Shown here: positions 10,766 through 21,779 of the stretch, in pieces
How positions within the stretch are numbered: the stretch's first letter is position 1
Layout of the letters: each line of letters starts with the position of its first letter
Assembly (NCBI GenBank): GCA_963769935.1
Contig: CAVYNY010000019.1
Location: 32,001-96,000, forward strand
DNA: 64,000 nt
Direction of reading: 5' to 3'
Origin: an uncultured delta proteobacterium
GTDB lineage: Bacteria > Desulfobacterota > Desulfobacteria > Desulfobacterales > JAFDCJ01
Program-made: the position numbers and the translations under genes
The notes under the pieces: generated by a model
Databases searched by the model: none
What the model saw: only the letters and a program-made list of their open reading frames with translations
What the model was told of the DNA's origin: nothing

Positions 10766-11640
10766 TATAAATTAAACACCTCCGCACAAAGCTGCCCAAT
10801 TTCGCCCAGATTCTCGCACACATGAATGCCGGCGGCCTGCATAGCGGCGATTTTAGCCTTCGCCGTGCCGCTGCCGCCGCTGATGATCGCACCCGCATGC
10901 CCCATACGCCGTCCCGGCGGCGCTGTCAGGCCTGCAATAAATCCGACAACCGGCTTGCTCATTTTTGAGGACACAAATTTGCAGGCCTCTTCCTCGGCGG
11001 TCCCGCCGATTTCGCCGACCATGACGACCCCTTCCGTATCCGGGTCATTTTCGAAAGCCGCCAGGCAATCGATAAAGTTTGATCCGATGATCGGATCGCC
11101 GCCGATACCGATGCACGTCGTCTGTCCGATATTTTGTAGTGTTAACTGATTGACCACCTCATAGGTTAGGGTCCCGGACCGCGATATGACCCCAATCGGT
11201 CCGCCGGGTTTATGAATCGCAGCCGGCATAATGCCGATTTTGGCCTCGCCGGGCGTAATGATTCCCGGACAATTGGGTCCGATCAGGCGCGAGGGCTTGC
11301 CCACCAGAAAATTCATGACCTTCATCATATCCAGGACCGGAATGCCCTCGGTGATCGCCACAATGACACCGATTCCGGCATCAGCGGCTTCCATAATTGA
11401 TTCCGCTGCAAATGCCGGCGGCACAAAAATCAGACTGCAGCTGGCGCCGGTTTCATCCACCGCGGTTTGGACCGTATTAAAAACAGGGATATCGTCCATT
11501 TTCTGGCCGGCTTTGCCCGGTGTGACCCCGGCGACCACCCGGGTTCCGTATGCCACGCAGCGACGGGTGTGAAACTGTCCCTCCCGGCCGGTAATGCCCT
11601 GAACCACAACCCGTGAGTTTTTATCTACGAAGATGCTCAT
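10765..11640 (-). CDS. sucD: Succinate--CoA ligase subunit alpha
   Basis: [32 protein letters not shown] (phospho-His). Confidence 0.96.
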   Translation of the reverse strand: MSIFVDKNSRVVVQGITGREGQFHTRRCVAYGTRVVAGVTPGKAGQKMDDIPVFNTVQTAVDETGASCSLIFVPPAFAAESIMEAADAGIGVIVAITEGIPVLDMMKVMNFLVGKPSRLIGPNCPGIITPGEAKIGIMPAAIHKPGGPIGVISRSGTLTYEVVNQLTLQNIGQTTCIGIGGDPIIGSNFIDCLAAFENDPDTEGVVMVGEIGGTAEEEACKFVSSKMSKPVVGFIAGLTAPPGRRMGHAGAIISGGSGTAKAKIAAMQAAGIHVCENLGEIGQLCAEVFNL

Positions 11641-11792
11641 TGTTTATTCCTTAATTCGTAAAGCTTAAATAATTACTCAACTCAATCAACCCCTTTGGCT
11701 TTCAGCTTTAAGCTTTCCCGCCTCCAACCTCTATCCTCTAACCTCCAACCTCAAGCCGGCCGCCCTCTGCGCTTTGCGCCCCGCTCTGTCCT

Positions 11793-12956
11793 TTATCCAT
11801 TCGCAATTTCCGCCACCTTCCGGGCGGCATCTTTCAAATCCTTGGCGGTAATCAAGGCCAGACCGGATTCGGCCAGGATCCGGCGGCCTTCTTCAATATT
11901 TGTGCCTTCCATCCGGATCACGACCGGAACGCTGATGCCGGTTTTTTGGGCTGCCTGGACCACGCCTTTAGCCAGCACGTCGCACCGCAGGATGCCGCCA
12001 AAAATGTTGATCAGAATCCCTTTGACGTTGGGGTCGCTTAAAATAATCCTGAAACCGTTTTCCACCATCTCGGCGCTGGCCCCTCCTCCCACATCAAGAA
12101 AATTGGCCGGCTCCGCACCGGCAAGTTTGATCAAATCCATGGTGGCCATAGCCAACCCCGCACCGTTGACCATATTGCCGATGTTGCCGTCCAGATTAAT
12201 GTAGTTGAGATGATACTTGGAAGCTTCCACGTCCAGCGGATCTTCTTCTTCGAAGTCCCGGTAATCCTGAACGTCCTTGTGCCGAAACAGCGCATTGTCA
12301 TCGAAGTTGATTTTCGCATCCAATGCCACGATGGTCTGGTCGGCAGTTATCACCAGTGGATTGATCTCGACCAGTGAACCGTCATAGTCGACGAACAGCC
12401 GGTAGAGATTTTGCAGCATGGCGCTGAACGGTTTCATGACAGCTGCCGGCAGGTTTAGGCCGAAAGCAATCTGGCGGCAGTGATAGGCCTGAATGCCCTG
12501 CAAAGGATTAATGGCAACCTTGATAATTTTCTCCGGCGTCGTAGCGGCCACTTCTTCAATATCCATGCCCCCGGCTTCGCTGGCCATAATCACAATCTTG
12601 GCAATCGCCCGATCGGGAATAATACTCAGGTACAGCTCCCGGGCGATATTTAACCCCTGCTCCACCAGGACTTTTCTAACTTTCCGACCCTGCGGCCCGG
12701 TTTGGTGAGTAACCAGATCCATCCCGATGATCTGCCCGGCCAGGTCTCGAACCTCCTGCTCGGTTTGGGCCAGTTTGACGCCGCCGCCTTTGCCGCGCCC
12801 CCCGGCGTGAATTTGAGCTTTTACCACAACCGGGTACCCCCCCAGGGATTTGGCAACCACAGCCGCTTCAGCGGGGCTAAACGCCACCCGGCCCTGCGGG
12901 ATGGGCACACCGTATTTTTTAAAAAATTCCTTAGCCTGGTATTCGTGAATTTTCAT
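11793..12956 (-). CDS. sucC: Succinate--CoA ligase subunit beta
   Basis: MKIHEYQAK, KAQIHAGGRGKGGG, EINPL, NGAGLAMATMD, NFLDVGG. Confidence 0.96.
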   Translation of the reverse strand: MKIHEYQAKEFFKKYGVPIPQGRVAFSPAEAAVVAKSLGGYPVVVKAQIHAGGRGKGGGVKLAQTEQEVRDLAGQIIGMDLVTHQTGPQGRKVRKVLVEQGLNIARELYLSIIPDRAIAKIVIMASEAGGMDIEEVAATTPEKIIKVAINPLQGIQAYHCRQIAFGLNLPAAVMKPFSAMLQNLYRLFVDYDGSLVEINPLVITADQTIVALDAKINFDDNALFRHKDVQDYRDFEEEDPLDVEASKYHLNYINLDGNIGNMVNGAGLAMATMDLIKLAGAEPANFLDVGGGASAEMVENGFRIILSDPNVKGILINIFGGILRCDVLAKGVVQAAQKTGISVPVVIRMEGTNIEEGRRILAESGLALITAKDLKDAARKVAEIANG

Positions 12957-13000
12957 AGGTTCGTTTTGTCCGTGTTGGTTCGTTAAGATGGTTGAGTTCG

Positions 13001-13100
13001 TCCCAGTGAAATTCGCTTCGCTCGTCCCTTTCGGAAATTTCACGGGATAAATCCCCATGAAATCCGCTTCGCTGATACTACGTATATTTCACGGGATAAA
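13001..13100. repeat. Two tandem ~50-bp hairpin elements (CCC..TGAAAT...ATTTCACGGGATAAA)
   Basis: Units 13001-13051 and 13052-13100 share tgaaat-cgcttcgct and atttcacgggataaa; each is self-complementary at its ends. Confidence 0.8.
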
Positions 13101-13285
13101 TTTGGATCGTTGGCTTTAGGCCTTGAGCTTTTCCGCTTCCTGCCTCAAACCGGACGCTTTCCGCCCTTTGCGCTCAGTTTTAGTCTTTCAGCTTCCTGAT
13201 CTTCTGCTCTTCTCATCTTCTGCGCTTCTTATTTCAAGGCCTCCAACCTTTAGCCTTTTACCTAATACCTTGCGCCTTCGGCCTT

Positions 13286-15298
13286 CTACCCAATCACGGC
13301 CAGCACATCACCTTTGGCCACCGAATCGCCGCTGCTGTAGTTGATGGCCTGAATGGTGCCGCTGGTGGGAGCCGGCAGGGCATTTTCCATTTTCATGGCT
13401 TCCAGGATAAGGACCGTATCGCCTTCTGCAACTGAATCGCCGACATTTTTCTGATAGCTGACGATCATGCCGGGCATCGGCGCTTTAAGCGGTGTGCCGT
13501 TTACAGCGGCAGGCGCTTGCGGCGCAGCGGCAGCAGGCGCGCCTTTTTTAGGTGACGCCGGCGGGGCTGCGGCCGGAGCAGCCGGCGCGGCGGCAGGCCG
13601 GGCATAAACCGGCGGTGTCATGCCGGACCGCGGCTGCATGTAGTCAACCACCGGAGCGCCGTCGACGGAGTCCACCCCGACCTCGAAATAATCCCCATCG
13701 ACGAACACATTATAGGTGCGCAGATTTTCACTCCTGGCAGGCGGTTCCTTCTCTGGTTTTTCAACAAGTTTGCCGGCCTTGGCCTTTTTAATAAGTTCCT
13801 GCTCGGCTTTTACATCCTCCAGTGTTCGCGGTCTGACCTCGGCGGGCGGTTGTTCCTTGCCGTATTTCCAATTCAAAAACCGTTTGCCCGGTTACCGGAT
13901 ACAGAGCATAGATCAGCACATCGTCCAGGTCGACGGCCAAGCCTTGCGTTTCTTCCCTGGCTTTTTCCAGTTCCGGCTCCAGGACCTCGGCCGGTCGACA
14001 GGTAATCGGCTCGTCCCTCTCTCATAACCCTTGAGGGCTTTTTTCTGAACTTCGGAATTGATGGGCACGGCGGTTTTGCCGTAAAGCCCGTAGCACAGAT
14101 CTTTGACCTGGGCCGTAATCATCTTGTAGCGTTCATTCTCATCATCAAACAGAACATTGTTGACGGTCTGGATCCCGACGATCTGGCTGGTGGGAGTTAC
14201 CAGCGGAACCTGTCCCAAATCCTTTCGAACCCGCGGCAATTCCGCATAAACCTGGTCGATTTTGTCAAGCGCATCCATTTCTCTGAGTTGATTGACCAGA
14301 TTGGACAACATGCCGCCCGGGGTCTGGTGCAGCAGAACATTGATATCAATGATCGACATCTTGGTGTCGTCCAGAAGATGCCTGTATTTGGGCAGAATTT
14401 CCTTTTCAAGAACTTCATTGATTTTTGCCAGATGTTTGATGTCAAAACCGGTGTCCCGGTTGGTGCCGAGCAGGGTCATGACCAGCGGTTCGATGGCCGG
14501 ATGAGAAGTACGATACGCGTAAGGCGACATGACGGTGTCAATGATATCAACCCCCGCTTCAATGGCCTTGAGCTGGGACATCGAGGACATACCCGATGTA
14601 AAATGGCTGTGCAGATTAATCGGCGGTTTGACGGCGTCTTTCATGGCCTTGATGACGGCATAGGCGTCATAGGGGGCAATCAGCCCGGCCATATCTTTCA
14701 GGCAGATGCTGTCCGCGCCCATGGCTTCCAATTCTTTAGCTTTACCGACATAATAGTCGATGTTGTAAACCTCGCCGCCCATTCGCGGCTCGGTCATGGT
14801 ATAGCAAATGGATCCTTGGAAGTGTTTGCCGCTGGCCTTGATTACCGGCACCACGGTTTCGAAATTGCGGTAATCATTCAAGGCATCAAAGGTCCTGAAA
14901 ATGTCAATGCCGTTGGCGGCCGCCCGTTCCACGAAGGCCCGGGCAACATCGTCGGCATAGTTCCGGTATCCCACCAGGTTCTGAGCTCTCAGCAGCATGG
15001 AAAAAGGGGTCTTTTTGATATATCGTTTCAGCGTCCGGATTCTTTCCCAGGGATCCTCATTTAAAAAGCGGTGCATGGTATCAAAAGTGGCGCCGCCCCA
15101 GACTTCCATGGCCCAGAAGCCGACATCATCCATCATTTCGGCCACGGGAATCATGTCTTCAGTGCGCCCGCGGGTTGCGAACAATGACTGGTGACCGTCC
15201 CGCAGGGATAAATCCTCTATTTTGACTGGATTTTCCGCTGCCGGCCGATCTTTGCCATAATTCATGGCTGTCATTTTAACTGCAATATCTTCGCTCAT
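13286..15298 (-). CDS. Pyruvate carboxylase subunit B / transcarboxylase 5S domain fused to a biotin-carrier domain; interrupted by two compensating indels
   Basis: LRDGHQS, WGGATFD, KDMAG, HSH, PGGM, VTPTSQ; C-terminal EAMKM. The two ORF pieces are in the same frame and the shifted middle reads DEPITCRPAEVLEPELEKA...VLIYALYP. Confidence 0.9.
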
Positions 15299-15325
15299 TT
15301 TAAAGTTCTCCTTTAAAAACATATT

Positions 15326-15553
15326 TTAAATACGAAATCCTCTCTGGAATGTGCGCAATTGCATCAGATTGCGCAACTGCATCTGGGCTTGCCGGCCGCT
15401 CATGCTCCACGGTGAAAAGCCCGCTGCTGCAGCAGAGATATATGGCGCCTGCGCCCTGCCTCCCAGGGCCGCCTGCATCAGGACGGCTTCTTCTTCATAA
15501 ATGTGATGCATCACCGCCGTAATCGCCGCGGTTATTTTCTGTTGCTTGTCCAT
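15326..15553 (-). CDS. Small hypothetical protein, possible carboxyltransferase accessory subunit
   Basis: 75 aa with SD ggaga; AAITAVMHHI...SPWSMSGR resembles the 'AAI.AAV...W...GR' pattern of acyl-CoA carboxylase epsilon/delta-type peptides; lies between the two carboxylase genes. Confidence 0.7.
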   Translation of the reverse strand: MDKQQKITAAITAVMHHIYEEEAVLMQAALGGRAQAPYISAAAAGFSPWSMSGRQAQMQLRNLMQLRTFQRGFRI

Positions 15554-15687
15554 ACCTTCTCCCCTCAGAATGGAATATATTCTATTGAAATTTATATATT
15601 GAATGAATTCTATCGATTTTAAAAATTATTAAACGCCTGAGCGAAGCGATTTCCACAAATTTTCAATATTCAATCGTCAATATTCAA

Positions 15688-17244
15688 TTACATGGGTATA
15701 TTGCCATGCTTTTTCGGAGGCCTGGTTTCGCGTTTGGAGCACAGGGCCTCCAGCGCATCGATCAATCGCGGCCGGGTTTCACTGGGTACGATCACGGCAT
15801 CGATATAACCTCTTTGAGCTGCCTGGTAAGGATTGGAAAAAAGCGTTTCATATTCTTTGATTTTTTCCCGGCGTTTGGCATCCGGATTTTCGGCCCCTTG
15901 AATCTCTTTGCGATGGATGACATTGGCAGCGCCAGCCGCTCCCATGACCGCAATTTCAGCCGTCGGCCAGGCAAACGCCATATCCGCACCCAGGTCCTTG
16001 GAGCACATGGCCAGATAGGATCCGCCATAGTCTTTGCGGGTTACGAGCAGCAATTTGGGTACGGTGGCCTCGGAATAACACCATAGTAGCTTGGCGCCGT
16101 GACGGATAATTCCGCCCCATTCCTGCTGGCTCCCGGGCAGGTAGCCGGGGACATCGGCAATGGTTAAAAGCGGAATATTAAAGGAATCACAGAATCGGAT
16201 GAACCGGGTGGCCTTGTCCGAAGCGTTGATGTCCAGACAACCCGCCAGCACCTTGGGTTGGTTGGCAATAATGCCGATGGCTCTGCCGTTCAGTCTGGCA
16301 AAACCGACGATTATATTGCCGGCAAAGTATTGGTGCGGTTCAAAAAAATCACCGTTGTCAACGATGGACAGAATCACCGCTTTCATATCGTAGATTTTGC
16401 TGGGGCTGTCGGGTATAATTGTATTCAAGGTCGCATCGGTCCGCCGGCGGTCATCGCCGGTTTCAACATAGGGCGCATCTTCCATGTTGTTGGAAGGCAG
16501 ATAGGAAAGCAGCCGCTTTATCCGGCTGATCGCATCTTCATCACTCTCGCAGGCGAAATGGGCCACGCCGCTTTTTTCGTTGTGGGTTTTGGCGCCGCCC
16601 AGCTCTTCAAAAGAAATTTCCTCACCGGTAACCGCTTTGATCACTTCGGGTCCGGTAATGAACATGTAACTGCTGTTTTTCACCATGAACACCCAGTCCG
16701 TCATGGCCGGCGAGTACACGGCACCGCCGGCGGTAGGTCCCATGATGGCCGAAATCTGCGGGATCACGCCCGAGGCGGCTGAATTGCGGAAAAATATCTG
16801 CCCGTAGCCGGAAAGCGCATCCACCCCTTCCTGAATTCGGGCACCACCCGAATCATTGATTCCTACAAACGGCACCCCGGCCTTGAGGGCCAGATCCATA
16901 ACCTTGCAGATCTTTTTGGAGTGCATTTCACCAAGACTGCCGGCTCTGGCGGTAAAATCCTGGGAAAAGGCAAATACCGTTCGCCCATCCACCAGGCCGT
17001 GGCCGGTGATCACGCCGTCAGCCGGTATATCCACGTTTTGCATATCGAAATTAACGCAGCGGTGGCTCACGAACATGTCGAGTTCGCGGAATGTGCCCTT
17101 ATCGAACAGCAGATTCAGGCGCTCACGGGCTGTCAACTTACCCTTTTCACGCTGGGCGGCGACCGCTTTCTCGCCACCCATTTCAAGCAGCTTTGCTTCC
17201 CGGGCTTTTAAATCACGAATTTTATCTTCCACGACTCCCATCAT
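15688..17244 (-). CDS. Acyl-CoA carboxyltransferase (methylmalonyl-CoA carboxyltransferase 12S / PccB / MmdA family)
   Basis: GKLTARER, DSGGARIQEG, GGAVYSPA, DVPGYLPG, AEIAVMG, KKHGNIP. Confidence 0.94.
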   Translation of the reverse strand: MMGVVEDKIRDLKAREAKLLEMGGEKAVAAQREKGKLTARERLNLLFDKGTFRELDMFVSHRCVNFDMQNVDIPADGVITGHGLVDGRTVFAFSQDFTARAGSLGEMHSKKICKVMDLALKAGVPFVGINDSGGARIQEGVDALSGYGQIFFRNSAASGVIPQISAIMGPTAGGAVYSPAMTDWVFMVKNSSYMFITGPEVIKAVTGEEISFEELGGAKTHNEKSGVAHFACESDEDAISRIKRLLSYLPSNNMEDAPYVETGDDRRRTDATLNTIIPDSPSKIYDMKAVILSIVDNGDFFEPHQYFAGNIIVGFARLNGRAIGIIANQPKVLAGCLDINASDKATRFIRFCDSFNIPLLTIADVPGYLPGSQQEWGGIIRHGAKLLWCYSEATVPKLLLVTRKDYGGSYLAMCSKDLGADMAFAWPTAEIAVMGAAGAANVIHRKEIQGAENPDAKRREKIKEYETLFSNPYQAAQRGYIDAVIVPSETRPRLIDALEALCSKRETRPPKKHGNIPM

Positions 17245-17395
17245 CCTGTTCCTTTCTTCGTATGACCCACCCTGCATTTCATATCCACCCCCACAGGGTG
17301 TGTCTGCCAACCTGACTCGTTTTTTGTCGACCGAAAAAATCAACCGGCAACTGAATCATTCCAACCGAGGGTTTAAAAGTTAAAAATAAAGCCTG

Positions 17396-18388
17396 CTATA
17401 CAAGTAATTGATTGTCAAGGAAAAAAAGCAGCTCTTCGGCGGCGAGGGTGGGGGCGGTAATACCTTTTTCAACCGCCCGGGTCAGCCTCGGCAGATGCTT
17501 TTTTACCTCGGGATTTTGTTTGAAACGGTTTCTAAGTCCTTCTTCGATCAGAGACCACATCCAGTCCAGAGCCTGCCGGCGCCTCTTAAGTTCCAGTTCA
17601 CCCGTATCCGCAAGCTTCTTGCGATGAATCAAAACGGACTGCCAGATTTCTCTGACGCCGGCCTGCTCCACCGCACTGCAGGTCAGCACCGGTGGAATCC
17701 AGGTCGGCGACGCATGCCGTAAAAAATGCAGTGCATTTTGATAGATTCCGGCTGCTTTTTTCGCCTTGGCCACGTTATCGCCGTCGGCTTTGGTGATGGC
17801 GATGGCATCGGCCAGTTCAAGAATCCCTTTCTTGATTCCCTGAAGCTCATCACCGGCGCCGGCCAGCATCAGCACCAGAAAAAAATCAACCATGGAAGCC
17901 ACTGTGCTCTCCGATTGACCGACCCCGACCGTTTCTACAATGATGACATCGTAACCGGCGGCTTCACAGATAAGCATGGTCTCGCGGGTTTTGCGGGCCA
18001 CTCCCCCCAGGGCGCCGGCCGAAGGGGACGGGCGAATAAAGGCATTGTTTTCAGCCGCAAGTTTTTCCATGCGGGTCTTATCGGCCATGACACTGCCGCC
18101 GCTGCGATTGCTGCTGGGATCAACGGCAAGGACCGCAACGCGGTGGTTATCTTGAACAAGGGACATGCCCAGGCTTTCAATAAACGTACTTTTGCCGACC
18201 CCGGGGACACCCGTAATGCCGAGTCGGACAGCCTTTCCCGTATGGGGCAGCAGGGAATCAATGATTTTGCGCGCCAGGTCCTGATGGGCAGGCAGCGAAC
18301 TTTCGATTCTGGTGATGGTTTTAGAAACCATCCGGCGTTCCCGGTCAAGCACGCCGTCGATGTAGGCCTGAGGATCCAAAGAATTCAT
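17396..18388 (-). CDS. meaB: Methylmalonyl-CoA mutase-associated GTPase
   Basis: GVPGVGKST, AVDPSS, DKTRM, ETVGVGQSE, GDELQGIKKG. Confidence 0.95.
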   Translation of the reverse strand: MNSLDPQAYIDGVLDRERRMVSKTITRIESSLPAHQDLARKIIDSLLPHTGKAVRLGITGVPGVGKSTFIESLGMSLVQDNHRVAVLAVDPSSNRSGGSVMADKTRMEKLAAENNAFIRPSPSAGALGGVARKTRETMLICEAAGYDVIIVETVGVGQSESTVASMVDFFLVLMLAGAGDELQGIKKGILELADAIAITKADGDNVAKAKKAAGIYQNALHFLRHASPTWIPPVLTCSAVEQAGVREIWQSVLIHRKKLADTGELELKRRRQALDWMWSLIEEGLRNRFKQNPEVKKHLPRLTRAVEKGITAPTLAAEELLFFLDNQLLV

Positions 18389-18440
18389 ACTCTTGATTTT
18401 AGCACCTTTATAGCTTCAATTGTTAGAGATAGGGTTGACG

Positions 18441-18684
18441 CAAATCAAAATCACAAATCCCAATTAACAAATCTCAAACAAATTACAATCACCAAAATAC
18501 AAAATTCAAAACGGAAGTTAATCTGTCTTGATGATCGCTTCAGACAAATACGCAATCCTTCATCACGAAAGCACGAAAGTTCAAAACACGAAAAAATAAA
18601 ACAGATAGATTTTCTTGGTTTGGCCGGTTTCGGTCATTGGCTATTGTGATTTGGGATTTATTTGTTATTTGGTGCTTGGAATTT
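18441..18684 (+). repeat. Intergenic element family A, copy 1 (imperfect inverted AT-rich heptamer arms)
   Basis: Left arm ...accaaaatacaaaattcaaaac; right arm gtttcggtcattg...ttgggatttatttgttatttggtgcttggaattt; similar to 59487-59800 and 61812-62007. Confidence 0.75.
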
Positions 18685-18833
18685 AGACCTTACCGGCTGC
18701 ACGCTGCTATTCGTTTTCGGCCTCCTGAGATTTGACATGACAACCGCCAGATTTTCAGATGTCAGCACTGCCGCTGACACCTGAAACCCGACACCTGACA
18801 CCTCTTACGACATGCAACAGCCGAACCGGTCAA

Positions 18834-20975
18834 CTATACAGCAAGTGCCAGCGACTTCTCCAAGGCATTCAGCACCTGATTGGCCGATTCCGTCACCGCT
18901 GTACCGGGACCGAATACACCGGCGGCTCCTGACTGGTACAAAAAATCATAATCAACCGGCGGAATGATCCCCCCGACGACCACCAGGATGTCCTGCCCGC
19001 CCTCGGTTTTCAGAGCTTCGATCAATTGAGGCACCAGCGTTTTATGGGCTGCGACCTGACTGGAAACACCCACCACATGCACATCGTTTTCCACTGCCAT
19101 GCGGGCAACCTCGGCCGGCGTTTGAAACATAGGACTGATATCCACGTCAAACCCGAGGTCGGCAAATCCCGTGGCAATCACCTTTATTCCGCGGTCATGG
19201 CCGTCCTGGCCCATCTTGGTTACAAGTATCCTGGGGCGCCGCCCCTCTTTTTCCTGGAATTGTTCAGTTCGCTTGAGCACGGCTTCAATGATTTCATTTT
19301 TCCCGTACTCGGCGGCATATACCCCGGAAATACACTGGGTGGTGGCCACATAGCGTCCGAACTCCTTTTCCAGGGCGTCGGATATTTCGCCGACCGTCGC
19401 CCGCAGCCGGACCGCAGCGATGCTTAGTTCCAGCAGGTTGGCACCGGACACGGCACCTTTGGTCAGGTCATCCAGTGCTTTTTGCACGGCGGCATTGTCG
19501 CGGGTTTTCTTCAACTCCTTAAGCCTTGCGATCTGCTCATCACGCACGCTGGCCGGGACTTCCAGTATTTCCAGATTGACATCTTCTTCAATCTGATACT
19601 TGTTAACTCCCACAATAACGTCTTTGCCTTGATCAATCCGCGCCTGCCTGCGGGCCGCCGATTCCTCGATGCGCATCTTCGGCATGCCGGTCCCGATTGC
19701 CTTGGCCATGCCGCCCATCTCTTCCACCTCTTCGATAATCTTGCTTGCCTCCCGTATGATGCCGTCGGTCAGGGACTCAAGATAATATGATCCCGCCAGA
19801 GGGTCCACCACATGACAGATCTGAGATTCTTCCTGAACGATGAGCTGGGTATTTCTGGCAATTCTGGCGGAAAAATCCGTTGGCAATCCCACGGCTTCGT
19901 CAAAAGAATTGGTGTGCAGGGACTGGGTTCCACCCAGCGCAGCCGACAGGCACTCCAGCGTGGTTCGGATAATATTGTTGTAGGGATCCTGCGCCGCCAG
20001 GCTCCAGCCGGATGTCTGGCAATGGGTGCGCAACATGGTCGAACGCGGGTTTTTGGGGTTAAAGCGGCTGATGATGCGGTGCCACAAAAAGCGCGCCGCC
20101 CTCAGCATGGCAATTTCCATGAAAAAATTCATCCCGATGCCAAAAAAGAACGAAAGCCGCGGCGCAAAATCATCGATATCCAGTCCGGCATTCAGAGCCG
20201 CCCGCACATATTCTAAACCGTCGGCCATGGTAAAGGCGGTTTGCAGCACGGAATCGGCCCCGGCTTCCATCATATGATAACCGCTGATGCTGATGGTGTT
20301 GTATTTGGGCATATGTTTCGAGCAGTAGCCGATAATGTCCGAGACGATCCGCATGGAGGGTTCCGGCGGATAGATATAGGTATTGCGCGTCAGAAATTCC
20401 TTTAAAATATCGTTCTGAATGGTACCGCTCAGTTTTTCCCGGCTGACGCCCTGTTCTTCGGCGGCCACGATATAGCCTGCCAGAATCGGCAGCACGGCAC
20501 CGTTCATGGTCATGGAAACCGTCATCTGGTCCAACGGGATCTGATCGAAAAGGATTTTCATATCTTCAACGGAATCCACCGCAACCCCGGCTTTGCCGAT
20601 ATCCCCGACAACTCTAGGATGGTCGGAGTCATATCCCCGGTGGGTAGCCAGATCAAAAGCCACCGAAAGCCCCTTCTGGCCGGCCGCCAGGCATCTTCTG
20701 TAAAAGGCGTTGGATTCTTTGGCAGTTGAAAAGCCGGCATACTGGCGAATCGTCCAGGGGCGGCCGGCATACATGGTGGCATTGGGTCCCCGCACGTAGG
20801 GTGCCATTCCCGGCAGGGTGTTGACATGCGCCGTTCCTTCAAGGTCCTCCTTCGTATACAACGGCTTGACGGTAATTCCTTCCGGGGTGTGCCAGTTTAA
20901 CGACTCGACAGGCTTTCCTCTCATCTCCTTGGTTGCTTGACTGATCCATTTTTCAATATCAGGACGCTCGGACAT
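18834..20975 (-). CDS. scpA: Methylmalonyl-CoA mutase (B12-dependent, single chain)
   Basis: [11 protein letters not shown] (Tyr specificity residue), [23 protein letters not shown]12-binding motif. Confidence 0.96.
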   Translation of the reverse strand: MSERPDIEKWISQATKEMRGKPVESLNWHTPEGITVKPLYTKEDLEGTAHVNTLPGMAPYVRGPNATMYAGRPWTIRQYAGFSTAKESNAFYRRCLAAGQKGLSVAFDLATHRGYDSDHPRVVGDIGKAGVAVDSVEDMKILFDQIPLDQMTVSMTMNGAVLPILAGYIVAAEEQGVSREKLSGTIQNDILKEFLTRNTYIYPPEPSMRIVSDIIGYCSKHMPKYNTISISGYHMMEAGADSVLQTAFTMADGLEYVRAALNAGLDIDDFAPRLSFFFGIGMNFFMEIAMLRAARFLWHRIISRFNPKNPRSTMLRTHCQTSGWSLAAQDPYNNIIRTTLECLSAALGGTQSLHTNSFDEAVGLPTDFSARIARNTQLIVQEESQICHVVDPLAGSYYLESLTDGIIREASKIIEEVEEMGGMAKAIGTGMPKMRIEESAARRQARIDQGKDVIVGVNKYQIEEDVNLEILEVPASVRDEQIARLKELKKTRDNAAVQKALDDLTKGAVSGANLLELSIAAVRLRATVGEISDALEKEFGRYVATTQCISGVYAAEYGKNEIIEAVLKRTEQFQEKEGRRPRILVTKMGQDGHDRGIKVIATGFADLGFDVDISPMFQTPAEVARMAVENDVHVVGVSSQVAAHKTLVPQLIEALKTEGGQDILVVVGGIIPPVDYDFLYQSGAAGVFGPGTAVTESANQVLNALEKSLALAV

Positions 20976-21201
20976 AACGGTACACTCCTTTGATCTCGGA
21001 TAATAGTTTTCAAAATAAATTTTATTTTGTGTGCCTTCGAATTTTTGTATTCTAGCAGATTGATGCTGTATATTGGATACTTGTTACTGGATTCTCGAAA
21101 CTCAACCCGTAACTTGCAACTCGTAACCTAAGACTCGCACCGCGCAACGCGCATCTCGTAAGCCGAAACCCGTGACTCGTAACCCGCAACGCGCACCCCG
21201 T

Positions 21202-21606
21202 CTAATTTCTTTCACAAAGCTCCACGAGCACACCATTGGTAGATTTGGGATGCAAAAACGCTATCTTGGCGCCGCCAGCCCCTAGTCTGGGTTTTTCATC
21301 AATCAGCCGGATCCCTTTCTCCTTAAGCTCCTGCAGGGCAGCTGCAACATTCTCGACTCTAAAAGCGACATGCTGAATCCCTTCGCCTTTTTTTTCCAGG
21401 TACCGCGCGATGGGACCATCCGGCGCCGTGGATTCCAGCAATTCCACTTCGCTTTCTCCTACCGGGAAAAACGCCGTCGTCACTTTCTGCTCGGCTACAG
21501 TTTCCGAACCTTCGAATTCCAGACCCAGTACATCCGTCCAAAAATTTTTCCCCTGATCAATACTATTGACGGCAATCCCAAGATGATCGATTTTCAAGAC
21601 CTTCAT
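21202..21606 (-). CDS. mce: Methylmalonyl-CoA epimerase
   Basis: IDHLGIAV, ELLE, GIQHVAFRV, FLHPKSTNGVLVEL. Confidence 0.95.
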   Translation of the reverse strand: MKVLKIDHLGIAVNSIDQGKNFWTDVLGLEFEGSETVAEQKVTTAFFPVGESEVELLESTAPDGPIARYLEKKGEGIQHVAFRVENVAAALQELKEKGIRLIDEKPRLGAGGAKIAFLHPKSTNGVLVELCERN

Positions 21607-21779
21607 GGCACCTCCTTGTATTTATGGTTTTGAGACCTGTCTCACTTTCTGATCTGCTTAACTTCTGCTCTTCTTATTTGTAAGCCTCCAACCTTTATCC
21701 TTTAACCTTTCACCTTTCACCTAACACCTTCTGCCTTGCGCCGTGCGCCATGCCCTTTGCCCTCTGCCCTATGCGCCTG

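Noticed and set aside
13001..13100. CRISPR-like repeat-spacer pattern
   Set aside because: Only two imperfect units, no unique spacers of regular length and no cas genes; better read as tandem hairpin elements.
17726..18649. 307-aa plus-strand ORF, and similar long antisense ORFs (e.g. 14288-15064, 45632-46453)
   Set aside because: Antisense shadows of well-supported genes, with no recognisable motifs.
20976..21200. Cobalamin riboswitch upstream of the mutase
   Set aside because: No B12-box or conserved core recognisable; the spacer is heptamer repeat.
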